Assembly: GCA_958009085.1 (NCBI GenBank)
Contig: OY253677.1
Coordinates: 868,001-932,000, forward strand
Origin: Protoeuglena noctilucae
Lineage: Eukaryota
DNA length: 64,000 nucleotides
Reading direction: 5' to 3'
Shown in pieces: positions 12,773-24,646 of the stretch. Under the pieces are notes generated by a model that was not told the origin of the DNA, did not search any database, and was given only the letters and a program-made list of their open reading frames with translations. Position 1 is the first letter of the stretch; every line of letters begins with the position of its first letter. Made by a program: the position numbers and the translations under genes.

Positions 12773-15700
12773 TCATGCATTCCGCATCGCCCCCACCCGC
12801 GGCCCCTCCCCTGCAGCCGCAGCCTCCGCTCCACCCCCCGCATCCCCCTCATCCCCACTCTCGCTGCCCCCGCTTCCCCCCGCATCGCTGCTAGAGGCAT
12901 CACTGGCAGCCGCAGTAACACCCTCATGGGTAGTTCCACCCACAGTGATATCACCAGCGCTTCCCTTGCCCCTGCTGCCACCACGCCCCACCTCACTGCC
13001 AACGTCGCTGCCACCATCGCTGTACCCATCGCTGCCACCATCGCTGGAGCTCTCCTCATCCCAGGCATCCGAAGATTCCGAATCGTCAACCCTATAGCTA
13101 ACAACAACCCGTGAGGGCCTGCCTCTCATTGACACCCCACCCTTCCCCGTCCCACGCATCCCTGCACTCCCATCAGCCCTCTCCCCACCCGCACCGCTGC
13201 TCGTGGCGACAGCCCCGTATCTGCCATCGCCAACTCGCCCACTCTTGTCCCCACCAGCCCCACTCCTGCTGCGCTCCGCACCCCTCCCACTCTCATCACC
13301 CACACCCGTACCCTCTCTCTCCACTGACCGAGCCCCCACCCCTCCCATCTGACCCCCCCCATCCCTTTCTGCTAATCCTGTCCCCACCAGTCCCATCTGA
13401 GGGTACAGCGTCTGGCCCTGGGACTCTGCCGTGGTCAGCGCACGCAGCCAGTCCTTGACGGGCGCCAGAATCTGCAGGAAACGCGAAGAGGGGGGGGGGG
13501 GTTGTATGAAGAAAAAGCGAGGAGCAAGTGTGTGTAGGAAAGACTCACTGCCGCAGCGCTGTGTTGCGGTGACACGTGCTCGCAACAGTGCATGGTATGC
13601 TATTCCGTGTTACCGTCACTCCCCATCCGGACATTATGCAGTTTCAACTCTCACCTTATCCGCCAGCGTCCCCCTGTCCACGTCTTCCATGCATGTGTCA
13701 CTGTTACCCCTCACTCACCTTATCCGCCAGTGTCCCCTTATCGACGTCATCCGGTGCCGAGGGTGGGAAGTCCATCCTCAGGTCTCGCTCGGCCGAGTAC
13801 GCACGGAGCTCCATGGCACGGAGCTCGTTGCCTGCGATCATGGCATGGGATGGGAAGGGTGAGGGAATGGGAATGGTGGAATGTAGCATGGTTGCCAGAT
13901 GGGGTGCATATCATACACCCACACACACGCACACACACCACCCCCCACATTCAAACACTCACCCATCCTCTCCTCCATCTCCGCCCACGTCAGCCACACT
14001 GTCTGGTTCCCCGGGTCGCACTTCACTCCGCATTTGAACAGCTCCCTCGCCACCGCCCCGTTGCCCTCTTTCTCCTCCATCACACCCCACGCGTGGAACA
14101 CCCGCGCCGCTTTGGGGGACTGCGGGTCGCACCAGAGGGCCTGGCGGAACAGGTCCCTGCGATGAGCACAGCGAGAGTGATGGTATGCTGAAATGTGAGA
14201 AGCAGGTCTTGCTGATTAAGTATGACCAATGGCCATCTGTACTCGCCTGGCCCTGTCTGCGTTCCCCGCCTGGTGTTCCAGGATGGCCCATGCCTGCCAC
14301 GCCGCCATGTGGCGCGGCTGCACGCGGATGGACTTGGCAAAATACGATCGGGCACTCTTCAGGCGACCATCCTCGGCCTCCATCACGCCGAGAGCCTGGG
14401 GTGGGGGTGGGGGGTGGTGCGGGTGTGGGTGTGGGTAGCAGTGGGGGTGTGGGTGTGGGTGTGGGTAGCAGTGTGGGTGTGGGTAGCAGTGTGGGTGTGG
14501 GTGCGGTTGAGCTGCACCGTCACTGTCGTTGCAAGTGTGACTGCGACTGTGTTGACATCTATGCATCTCATCTCGCCTGCAGTAGGACGTGGTCGGTGCG
14601 GTTGAGCTGCACCCCCGTCTCGAGTAGCTTCCGGGCCGCCTCCCTCGACCCCCGCTCCTTCTCCACTTTGGCCCACGCAGAGTAGACGTGGCGGGCGCGG
14701 GGGTTGGCCTCGATGGCGCGGCGGAAGAGGCGCCTGGGGTGGGTGGGGGGAGGGGGAGAAGTTATAGGAGGTGAGAAAGGTGAGTGGCACGGCAAGAGGG
14801 GTTAGCGTGACCCACCCATGTCCCTCCCTCACCTGGCCAACACCATGTCCCCTCGCCTCATCCCCCACCAATCACCCACCCTCTCCACCACCCCCACCAC
14901 CCTCACCTGGCCAGCACCACGTCCCCCCCCTCGGCCTCCAGCTGCGCCCAGTCCTTCCACAGCGCCACGCTCTTCGCTCCCAGCGGCGTCTCCGTGCCCT
15001 CCCGGAACCACTGCCGCGCCTCCGCGGGGCGCCCCAACCGCACGCACAGCATGGCGAGGGAGTGGTACAGGTGCGAGTTGCCGTCCGGGTCCCTCAGCTC
15101 CCGCACCCCGCGCACGAAGAGGTCCCGCGCACGCAGCAGCTCCCCATGCCGCATCTCCAGCATCCCCCAGCCGTGCCAGGCGGGGGCGTGCGAGGGGTCC
15201 GCGGCCGTCGCTGCGTCGAAGAGCTGACGGGCGCGGGAGACGTTGCCGCGGCGGGACTCCAGCGTCGCCCACGCCTGGGGGGGGTGGTCAGGGACGTGGT
15301 GAATGAATTGTGGAGTGCTCGTTTTGACACGTGAATATCCAATCACTGTGATCATTTCTCTTTTCGTGCCCCTGTGCAAGCGGTCGTGCATGCTCGCTCG
15401 CCCGTGAACGCTCCCTTGCCTGCCAGATGAATGCGCTCGTGCCTCCCAGCGCCTGGCATCCCACGTCGTAGAGCCTCGCGGCCTCCTCCTCCCGCCCGTC
15501 CTCCACTAGCAGCTTCCCCAGGCACACATACCCACGGGCGTCCTTGGGGTCCATCGCGATCACGCGGCGGAAGTTGGACTCGGCGCTGCGATAAGCGGAA
15601 CGGTACAGCGATATGATGTATTATGGCAGCGCGGGGACGTCGCGAGGTGCGCGGCACGCGTGCCATCAGCCGGCCTCTGCTGTGCGGGGCGTGGACGGAG

Positions 15701-16047
15701 CGCGCGCCGGGCGCGCCGCGGGCACCTGTCGAGCAGCCTCCGCTTCGTAGCCGCGTTGAACGTGTTGCGGCTCTTGCGCAACTCCAGGCGGCCGTTGTAG
15801 ATCAGCAGGTCGCGGTTTATCTTGAGTGGCTTTGCCGAGGGGAGCCCCTCGCCGCCGGAGGGCCCCGGTCCGTCCGATCGGCCGCCGTTACCGAACATCG
15901 ATCGAACTCGACCTTTGCGGTCCCTCGCGCGATCCCTGAGGGACGATGCAACGCTCCCCTGCAGCGCGTGTGCAGGCGGTGCATCCCACCCCGCGCTCGC
16001 CCCGCCGCTGCGGCACGCGATCCCAATGCGAGCCCGACAGGTGCACA
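12773..16047 (-). CDS. HCF107/MBB1: HAT/TPR plastid psbB/psbH mRNA maturation factor (HCF107/Mbb1 family)
   Basis: KPLKINRDLLIY, DPKDARGYVCLGKLL, GCQALGGTSAFIWQ|AWATLESRRGNVSRARQLFDAATAADPSHAPAWHGWGMLE, further HAT repeats, and a low-complexity acidic C-terminus. Confidence 0.88.
14420..14503. repeat. Intronic (GTGTGG)n / GTAGCA minisatellite
   Basis: Read directly inside an HCF107 intron. Confidence 0.8.
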
Positions 16048-16649
16048 TTGATCGGAATGGGCTGATGGCGGCCGCCAATGTCCCCGCGGCGGACGTGGAC
16101 GCCGCTTCCTGGCCCCTTGAGCCCTGCGAGTGTACGGGAGCGGACAGGGTTCTCAGGGAGCGCGGCGGTCAGCCCAGTGACTTCCACGGCGGGCTCTGCA
16201 ACGCACCAAGGGCGCCGGGGCCCGCGGACCCAGGGCCAGCCCGAGCATGACGGGTCTGCACGGATGGATGCTTGCGAACAGACTCCCCCGCCTTGCTTAG
16301 AGAGGAAAGGGTCACAGATGCCGATGCAGGAACATTAAGCGGCGTTTGCGGACAACGGGACCATGGCATCTGTCGCATCGGCACCAGGCATGCGCGGCTT
16401 TGGGCATGGGCTGCTTCTTGCAGTTTCGAAGCTGCAAGTCATGCTGTGCGCACATCACTGTCATTTCACGGTGTCGCGGACACACACCAGTGTAACAGAG
16501 TGCGCACAGCAGGTGCAAGCTGTCTAATAAGTCCTCCCGCGCCGCGTTCCCGTCCTCTGCCACTCGCCGGAACATCGGCTTCCCGCGCGCACCTGGAGCT
16601 GCCAAATTGCAGCGGCTGCCGTGGCCTGTGTCCTACGGTATTATAAAAA

Positions 16650-19077
16650 ATGACCTCGTCCCTCGGATGCCCCGCCACTGCGGCGGCGCGCGCGCAGTCG
16701 GGCGTCTCACGGCGCTTCGCTCGGTGCGTCGCGCGGGCGGCGGCAGGCACACATATGCCGCCGCAATTGTTTGCATTCTCCCATGGGATAACGGAATAGA
16801 CACGCGGCCTACCCAAATATTGCAGCCGCGTGGCCCGTGGCGCGTCCCGGCCAGTCGACCTGCCTTCCCGCGCCTCCCCGCAGCGCCGACGCTCCGCGGC
16901 GCCACGTCCGCGCGCGTGGGGAGACGCGATCTGCAAACCGCACCAAGTGGGCATCAGCGGAGGCTCCGGCCCCAGTCGCGGCGGTGGCGGAGGCCGACCC
17001 TACCGCCCCCGCCCCCGCGTCTGCCTCCACCCCCGCCCCTGCGCGCCCCTCATCCCACGAAGCGGTGTGGGACTGCGTCGAGGCGTTGCAATCCGACTTC
17101 CTGGCGATCGACCGCCTCATCGCGCACAACTCGGCGCGGGTGCAGCGTGCCTTTGCCCGCCAGCGCCTGGGGCCGCACTGTTTCCAGGGCAGCACTGGGT
17201 ACGGTCACGGTGACCTGGGCCGGTCAGTATTGGACGCTGCGTTCGCGGAGATCTTCGAGGCGGAGGCGGCGCTCGTGCGCCCGCAGTTCATGTCGGGTAC
17301 TCACGCGATTGCCACGGCGCTGTACGCGTGCCTTAGGCCGGGGGACGAGCTCCTGTGCGCGGCGGGGCACCCGTATGACACGCTGGAGGAGGTGATTGGG
17401 ACGCGGAACGGGTCAGGCATGGATAACATCGGGTCTCTCGCTGACTTTGGGGTGACGTACCGTGAGGTGCCGTTGAGCGCGGACGGGTCAGTGGACATCG
17501 ATGCAGTGGTGGCGGCGGTGGGGGAGCGCACGAAGGTGGTGGAGGTGCAGCGGTCGTGTGGGTATGCCCTGCGGCCCACGCTGACGGTGGAGGAGGTGGG
17601 GGAGGTGGTGCGGGCCGTGAAGACCAAGGTGCGTGTGTGGGGTGGGGCGGGTGGATGGGGTGCTAGGGTGGCGGTGGATGTGAAGGCATAGGTGGATACG
17701 GGGCGTGGTGTGTGAAGCAGTGGGTGAGGTGAGTGAGATCAGTAGAGGTGGTGGTAGAGGTAGTCACGGTGTCTGAGGCAGTGGGGGTGGTGAAGTAGTG
17801 GTGGGCGAGCTACGAGCTATGAGCCGTAAACTTCGTCAATTGTTTCTTCATCTCTCTGATCCCGCAGAAGCCCGACTGCATCGTGGTGGTGGACAACTGC
17901 TATGGGGAGTTCACGGAGGAGCGAGAGCCGACGGCGGTGGGGGCGGACCTGTGCATGGGGTCGCTGATCAAGAACGGGGGAGGAACCATTGTGCCAGGTG
18001 ACATTGATGAGGGTAAATCTTAGATAAGAGTGTCTGTGCATGGGGGGAGCTGGAATGACCGTGCTGGTGGTGGCGCATCCCTCTCATGAGCCACGCTCGG
18101 CACAAAGTTCGACGCAGTGAACATCGCCTTCACTTGATCTCACTCGATAACATAACTACAAGTGCCACGGGAACGCATCAACCCACATCTCAACCACCCC
18201 GCCAGCTCCCATCCCAGGGGGTGGCTATGTGGCGGGCCGGCAGGACCTGATCGAGCGGTGTGCGGCGCGGCTGTCGGCGCCGGGTCTGAGCACGGACGCA
18301 GGCAACGTCAACGGGGAGCACCTGCGTCTCATGTTCCAGGGACTGTGGCTGGCGCCGCAGATGACGGGGGAGGCACTCAAGGCGAGGGGGGGTGGGGGTG
18401 TGGGAAGCAGGGGTGGGGAGTAGCAGTTATGAGGTGTAGGAGTGGCAGAAGATGCGATGGGCGCGAGGGGCATGTGCGTTGTGTATGGCCTGTTAGTCAC
18501 CGACGTGTCTCTCTACCCTCACTCCACTCTCCCCACCCCCTCTCTCCCCCAGGGCGGCCTGTTAGTAGCTGAGGTGCTGCGGAGGGAGGGCTTCCGCGTG
18601 CGCCCCGTGGTGCCTGAGGGCGGCCGCCGCGTGGGCTTCATCACGTCCGTGGAGCTGGGGGATCCCAAGCGCATGGAGGCGTTCTGCCAGGTGAGAAAAG
18701 CTCAACAACTTGTGTATGTGTGCTTAGTCATGACGTGGTCGACACAGCGCAACAATTACAACTTAGCAGGGTCATACAACTAGACAGCACGATGCGGCCG
18801 TTACCCACAACGTGCTCCACCCCCATTCGTGCTGCAGGCCATCCAGGCCCGGTCCCCCGTGGGCTCTTACATCACGCCCATCCCCGGCGCCACGGCTGGG
18901 TATGGCGACGAGGTCATCTTTGCCGATGGCACGTTCATCGACGGGGCCACCAGCGAGCTGTCGGCAGATGGGCCGTTGAGGCCGCCCTATGTGGTGTACT
19001 GCCAGGGGGGGCAGCACTGGACGCAGTGGGCCAATGTGCTGGAGGGGTGCCTGGAGAGGATGAGGGCGATGGAGTGA
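16650..19077 (+). CDS. YnbB/aluminium-resistance family PLP-dependent enzyme (methionine gamma-lyase-like), likely organelle-targeted
   Basis: GSTGYGHGDLGR, AEAALVRPQFMSGTHAI, GHPYDTLEEVIG, QRSCGY, VDNCYGEF, GSLIKNGGG (PLP lysine), GTFIDGATSELSADGPLR. The first exon is tentative. Confidence 0.88.
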
Positions 19078-19398
19078 AGGGGGGTGGGCAGTGCTGAGTG
19101 CTGTGGGAGGGGCTCATGGCGCGATTAGTAGCGGACAGGACTTGCAGGGTCGTCTTAGCACAGATGCCGATACTTGACAGGTACTAGGCAGGCTCTTTCA
19201 ACACAAGCGCAGCTGCGTTTCCTTTTCAAAGGGTAGCTGCGCATCGCCGGTGTCCGTGACCGCGCTTGAAACCGCAACTCGGTATTAAATCGCCTCACCA
19301 TCCATCCTGCCATCATCCCACCCCGCCCTCAAACGCTCTCCCTTCAACACCCCGCCTCCACACCCATCCACCCCCTTCCCCTTCCCCAGCCACATGCA

Positions 19399-21921
19399 TC
19401 ATTTCACGCTGACCAGCTCGACCTCAAAGACGAGCGTGGCGTTGGGGGGGATCGAACCCTTGACCCCCTTGGGCCCGTAGGCCATCTGGGGCGGGATGGT
19501 CAGCCGACGACGGTCCCCCACCCGCATCCCCACAATGCCCCGGTCCCATCCCTTGATTACCTCCCCCACCCCCAATCGGAACTTGAAGCTCTTGCTCTGG
19601 TCAAACACGCGCCCGTTGGCCGCCAGCTTGCCGACGTACTTCACCACCACCTGCTTGCCTGCGGGGAGAGAGAGAAGGGGGGAGGTGTTACTGGTCGGGG
19701 AGATATCAGAGGGAGGGGTGACCTGTTGACAGCACACCATCAGCGATGATATGCACCTGTAACACATCGTCAGTGACCCCATGACTAAAAATACACCGTC
19801 ACGACGCCCCCCCTTTGTCACTCGCCTGCCTTGGCCACGGCCCCCCCCGCCTTCCCCACCCCCAGCTGCTCAATCTTGAATCCATTTTCGTACTCCTTCA
19901 CCATCCCAGCCTTGGTCAGGTCCTGCTGCTGAGCGTCACTTGAGCCCTGGGGGGGGGCACGCGAGGTGATCTACTGTGTTACTATTACAATATCACATCA
20001 TGTCGTATCTGCTAGGAGCGTTTATGCAAACGTGACATCGCTATGGACTGTAGATGTCCATGCAATGATGGCGCAGTGACCACGCCACCCATGCGCCCCC
20101 CCCCCCCCGCAATGTCCCTCACCTGCCCCCCCTCCTTGTCCCCCTTGTGGTCATGACCATGGCTGTGACCGTGACCGTGATCACAGTGACTGTGATCGTG
20201 ACCATGACCGTGACCGTGGTCGTGGCTGTGACCGTGGGCACCCTTGCTGTCCTTGCCGTCCGCCTGCGATTGCCAAAGCACGGCACGAAGCGTGTTGTCC
20301 ATGGCACAGCGAGCCATTAGTAAGATTTATGCAACAAATTCTTTTGCCTGTCAAGGAGAGGGAGGACAAACAAGTCTTTACATCAGTTCCCACCACCACC
20401 GCGACTGGACCGTCACCTCGGCCTTCCTCACTTCTCGCCCCCCCACATGACACAACCACCACCCCAACCGTCACCTTGGCCTTCTTCCCCCCCGGCGTGG
20501 CCCCCTGCCCCCCCTCCTCTGCGCGGCGCTTCTTGTCCTGACCACCCGATGCCTTGCCATCACCCTTTGCACCCCCGTTGCCATCCCCCTTCGCATTACC
20601 CTTCGCACCCCCCTTGCCATCCCCCTTGCTCCCCTTCCCCCCCTTCGGCTTCGCATCCTCCTCCTCCTCCTCATCGTCATCATCATCATCCATGTCCTCA
20701 TCATCCTCATCCTCATCATCATCCGAGTCGTCCTCCCCCGCCCCGCCCTTGGCGCCACCGCCCGGCTGCACCGGCTTGCCATCCGCATCGATCTCCTGAA
20801 GAACACAGGCAGACACAGGCAATTGTCAACCATTGCAATGCTATCGAGTTGTGAATTCAAACCCTCTTGATGTGCTTGCACCACGCCACCCCCCACATCA
20901 TGGCACATGCCCTACATCTGCCCCAGTCCCCCCCTTTATGAAACCCCCCAACCACCCCATACTACCCCATCCCTCCCCCAAACACCCCCCCTCACCTCGA
21001 TCTTGACCCGCGAGGCCGGGATGAGCCTTCGCTCCTCCCCGTCCTCCTCGTCCTCATCGCTGTCGGACCCAAGGCCGTACATCTCCGCCAACTCCTCCTC
21101 ATCCATCATCTCTGGGTCCAAATAGTCATCCTCCTCATCGTCATCGTCGTCAACGTCCTCCTCGTCGTACTCGGGGACGTAGTAACCCGACACGTGCACC
21201 TGCGATGGGATGGGCGACGACCGGTGGTGGTGTGGGAGGTGGCTGGAGGTGCGTGGATGGTTGCAAGCGGTGAGCAATGGTGGAGAGAAGGGTGTATACG
21301 GTATACATGCAGCTTATCAGTCGACTGGGACAATGAGGGACAGGACATGTGGGACAGCAGGCATGGATACGGGGGGTACCATAGCAGCCGTGTCCGGAAC
21401 ATCGCGACGGCCGCTGGCCACACACACAGAGCATCCCGGGCGCCCCGGGCGCGGACTAAGGACACGTGACGATGCCAGGGACATGCATGACAACTGTTAG
21501 TATATACGCCAAACACCCTGGCGCACCTCCCCGCCCGTGGCGGTGAACTCGGCGTAGGTGTCAAAGACCAGGTCCAGGGTCTGGCTCTCGGCCTTCCCGT
21601 GCTCCAGCACGGCGATGATGATCTCGTCTCCGAGCTCCGGCTGCTCGTCCTCCTCCTCGGGGTCGCCGCCGGACACACGGACTCGCAGCGTGACGCGGCC
21701 TTTGGTGCCGTCCCCCAGCGCCACCTGCGCGCGCGTGGAAGTTGATGATGCAACCGCTTGCTTCCTGGCAATACACGAGGGTGTCATCGCGCCATCGCGG
21801 CGCAGGAGAGGCGCGGAAGCGGCGCCCCCGGCACCTGGGAGAGGTGCAGCCGCATGGGCTCGGGTGGAGGCACGTACGGGACCGCCTTCCCCGGGCGAAC
21901 GACCGCCCCGAAGAAGCTCAT
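19399..21921 (-). CDS. Nucleolar FKBP (nucleoplasmin-like N-domain, acidic tracts, His-rich exon, C-terminal FKBP PPIase), FKBP53/Fpr3-4 type
   Basis: MSFFGAVVRPGK...LHLSQ, LDLVFDTYAEF, VHVSGY, D/E tracts, VVKYVGKL...FDQSKSFKFRLGVGEVIKGWDRGIVGMRVGDRRRLTIPPQMAYG...IPPNATLVFEVEL. Confidence 0.92.
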
Positions 21922-22298
21922 GGTCGACACGCGCTCGACAACGAAGCGGTGACCCTGGACTCGGGCCCTGCGAGGTGCACGAGCCGGCGGCGGAGAAGGC
22001 AGACGCGCGAGACCTGTGTGGGATGCGCGGTCAAGAAGCAAATGTGATAAAGCAAGCAGCCCCTGGCGCACAGATGCCTGCGCGGAACAGTTCTAGCTGC
22101 CCGGGCCCGTGTCAGTGAAACTTCTCAGAAGCGGTGGTTCTCGGGCCGCCTCTGCCCCATCATGCCACGAGTTCTCGTAGGGCGTGTCCGGCAGGTGCTG
22201 TCAGTGGTGCACACGCGAGCTCCGTGGCGCTGGACGGTCTTTGAAGCGTAGACAAGCAGGGGAACCTCGGGAGGGGAGGCTGGGGTCGTGAACGCGCG

Positions 22299-22716
22299 AT
22301 GGGGCTCGCCACCTCCTTCTACCGCGCGGTCATGCGCCGTAACTACATCTACGTCCCCGTCGTTCTCGCGGGAGCGTAAGCGCTCGACATGGTGAGCCTG
22401 CGCGCACATGGGCCGCGCTGGGGACCGTGGGGTCGCCTGCCCCGGCTGTGTTGGTGGCCTCCTGCAGCCGCGAGGACCCGAGGACCCAATCGCCGACGCA
22501 TCGGGGCCTACCGTGTGCGTCGCCATCTGGGGCCCCTCCGCCCCGCGGCTCGCGGCCTGGCCCTCGCGCGAGGCTTGACGCGGACATTTTGCGTTGCTGC
22601 AGGGGTTCGAGGCCGCCTTGAACGGCGTCTGGGAGATGAACAACCGGGGCAAGCTCTACGAGCACAACGTGGCCAGGGGCGTGTTCGGGGGGGCCAAGGA
22701 CGAGGACGAGGAGTGA
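22299..22716 (+). CDS. QCR9: Cytochrome bc1 complex subunit 9, 2 coding exons (22299-22391, 22603-22716), with in-frame TAA at 22377-22379
   Basis: MGLATSFYRAVMRRNYIYVPVVLAGA*ALDM|GFEAALNGVWEMNNRGKLYEH matches the QCR9/UQCR10 pattern RRN..Y....AGA....W..NN.GK. The ORF track misses this gene. Confidence 0.85.
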
Positions 22717-23206
22717 CTCAGGTGCGTGTTGGGGCCGAATGGAGGCGCAGCAGGCCAGGCAAGTCCGCAGTCGGCGTGTCCGTGGTGCACGGCCAGGTGC
22801 TGTGCCGTTTTCATGCTGAAGGCGCCCGCCGCGCGCAAAAAATCGTTTGCACATGACCGCTTGCTGCTCTCTCGCAGATGAAGATGGACTCCGGCAGCGC
22901 CAGGTGTCGCTGGCGACGTGGGAGCACAAGCCACGCCAGGCGCCTGCGGCTGAGGGCCCAGTTCTCCACAGCAGGCCGACGGGTGCTTTCTGTGCTTGCT
23001 AGAGCCTATGTTCACTCCCACTTCTTGAATGGAAGATCTGTCAGATACGCAATCCAACGAGGGCGCGACGGCACAATGTCCGGGCGCGGCACCGCAGGCA
23101 AGCAGGGCGGCATATGAGCAAACAGGCAACCACCCGGAGCCCCGCGTAGCACTGGTGCCAGACTGGCCCTCGTCATGCGCTCTCGCTCCGCCTCTGTGTT
23201 AACTTC

Positions 23207-24441
23207 TCATTTGTTCACGCGTCCGAGGTACTCCCCCGACTCAGTGTTAACTTTGATGATCTCCCCCGTGGTGATGAACAGAGGCACCTGCACCTCCGCC
23301 CCCGTCTCCAGCGTGGCCGACTTGGTCGCGTTCCCCGATGCCGTGTTGCCCTGCGAGCACCCGCGAAGGAAGGGGTGGGTCAGGCCCAGTGCCGAGTGCG
23401 CATCACCCGGGCCCCCTTAACCAGCAGCCGCTGGCAGCCATTGCGCATGGATGAAGAGAAAACCAATGCGCGTACTCGCCTTGACGGCCGGCTCCGTCAT
23501 CGTAACCTCCAGGTCCATGCTGTTGGGCATCTCGACGCTGATGCACGCCCCGTTGTACATCACCACCTGCACGACCGTGCCCTCCTTCAGGAAACGCTTC
23601 CACGTGTCCTCGGCCTTCACCCTGCGGGATCGGGCGCGATGTAAATCCCGGGTGCTGCGACCGATGCTGCGCACCACGGCCTGTACGGCACTTGGTAGCC
23701 TCATCAGCAGGGTGCCGCCCGCACCTCATCTCCTCGTAGCTCTCCATGTCCATGAAGGCGCAGTCGTCCCCGTCGGCATAAACGTACTGCACGTCCTTCT
23801 TCTCCACCACCGCCAGGTCAATGGGCTCGCCCGCGCGGAACGTCCGCTCCTGGGTGTTCCCGGAGATGTAGTTCTGCGGGTGAGAGAGCCCGCGGTAGTC
23901 GCAGTCAAGGACAAAGCATCCCCTGCGCCCGATGGGAAGCTGCGGGAAAATCCGCGGGGAAGGACTGCACGCCGCCACCAGATGGCCGGAGGGCCTGGCG
24001 GACAGCTGGCGACAAAAAGCAGGGCAGAAAATGGCGGTGACAGATGCGCAGGAGTCGCATCTGAAGAGGAGCAGGACATCGGCCGCCGCAGGAGCCCGGC
24101 CGCCGCGATGGGCCCCCGCGACGCTCTATCCGTGCAGTCCGCATGCAGCTCGCAGCGCCATGCGTTTCCCTCCCAGGTCCAGCAGCACGTCCAGGATGCG
24201 AATGACCGAATCAGAGCGCCAGCGCACTCGCCTTGAGCTTGGTCCTCACGAACGCGGACCCCTTCCCCGGCTTGACGTGCAGGAACTCCTGGACCCTCCA
24301 CGGCTGCCCGTCCAGCTCGATGGACATGCCCGTCTTGAAATCATTCGAAGTGATGGCGCGAGCGGCAACGTAGCGCGTGGCGCGGTTGAGCGACGGCGCC
24401 GCGAAGGACCGCGCGGGCCCAGGAACGAGCACAGCCCGCAT
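23207..24441 (-). CDS. efp: Organellar (probably plastid) elongation factor P
   Basis: [57 protein letters not shown]...FMDMESYEE...VK|GNTASG...[25 protein letters not shown]. Confidence 0.95.
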
Positions 24442-24646
24442 CCCAGCCACTCTATATATACGAAGTCGATGTCAGGTGTCTGGTTTCCGCACACTGCCCG
24501 GGTCCAGGAAGACACTTTTCAGGTGTCGGTTCGCGTCGTCTGCCCTAGCGCCCGCAGCTCGTGGCCAGACCCCGACTAACTCGCTGCCTTGAACATCTAG
24601 GTAGAAGCCACGCCACGAACCAAGGGCCCTCCGCACCCAGCACGCA

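Noticed and set aside
24451..24460. TATATATA as an EF-P TATA box
   Set aside because: It lies only about 10-20 nt from the ATG, too close for a TATA box, TSS and leader.
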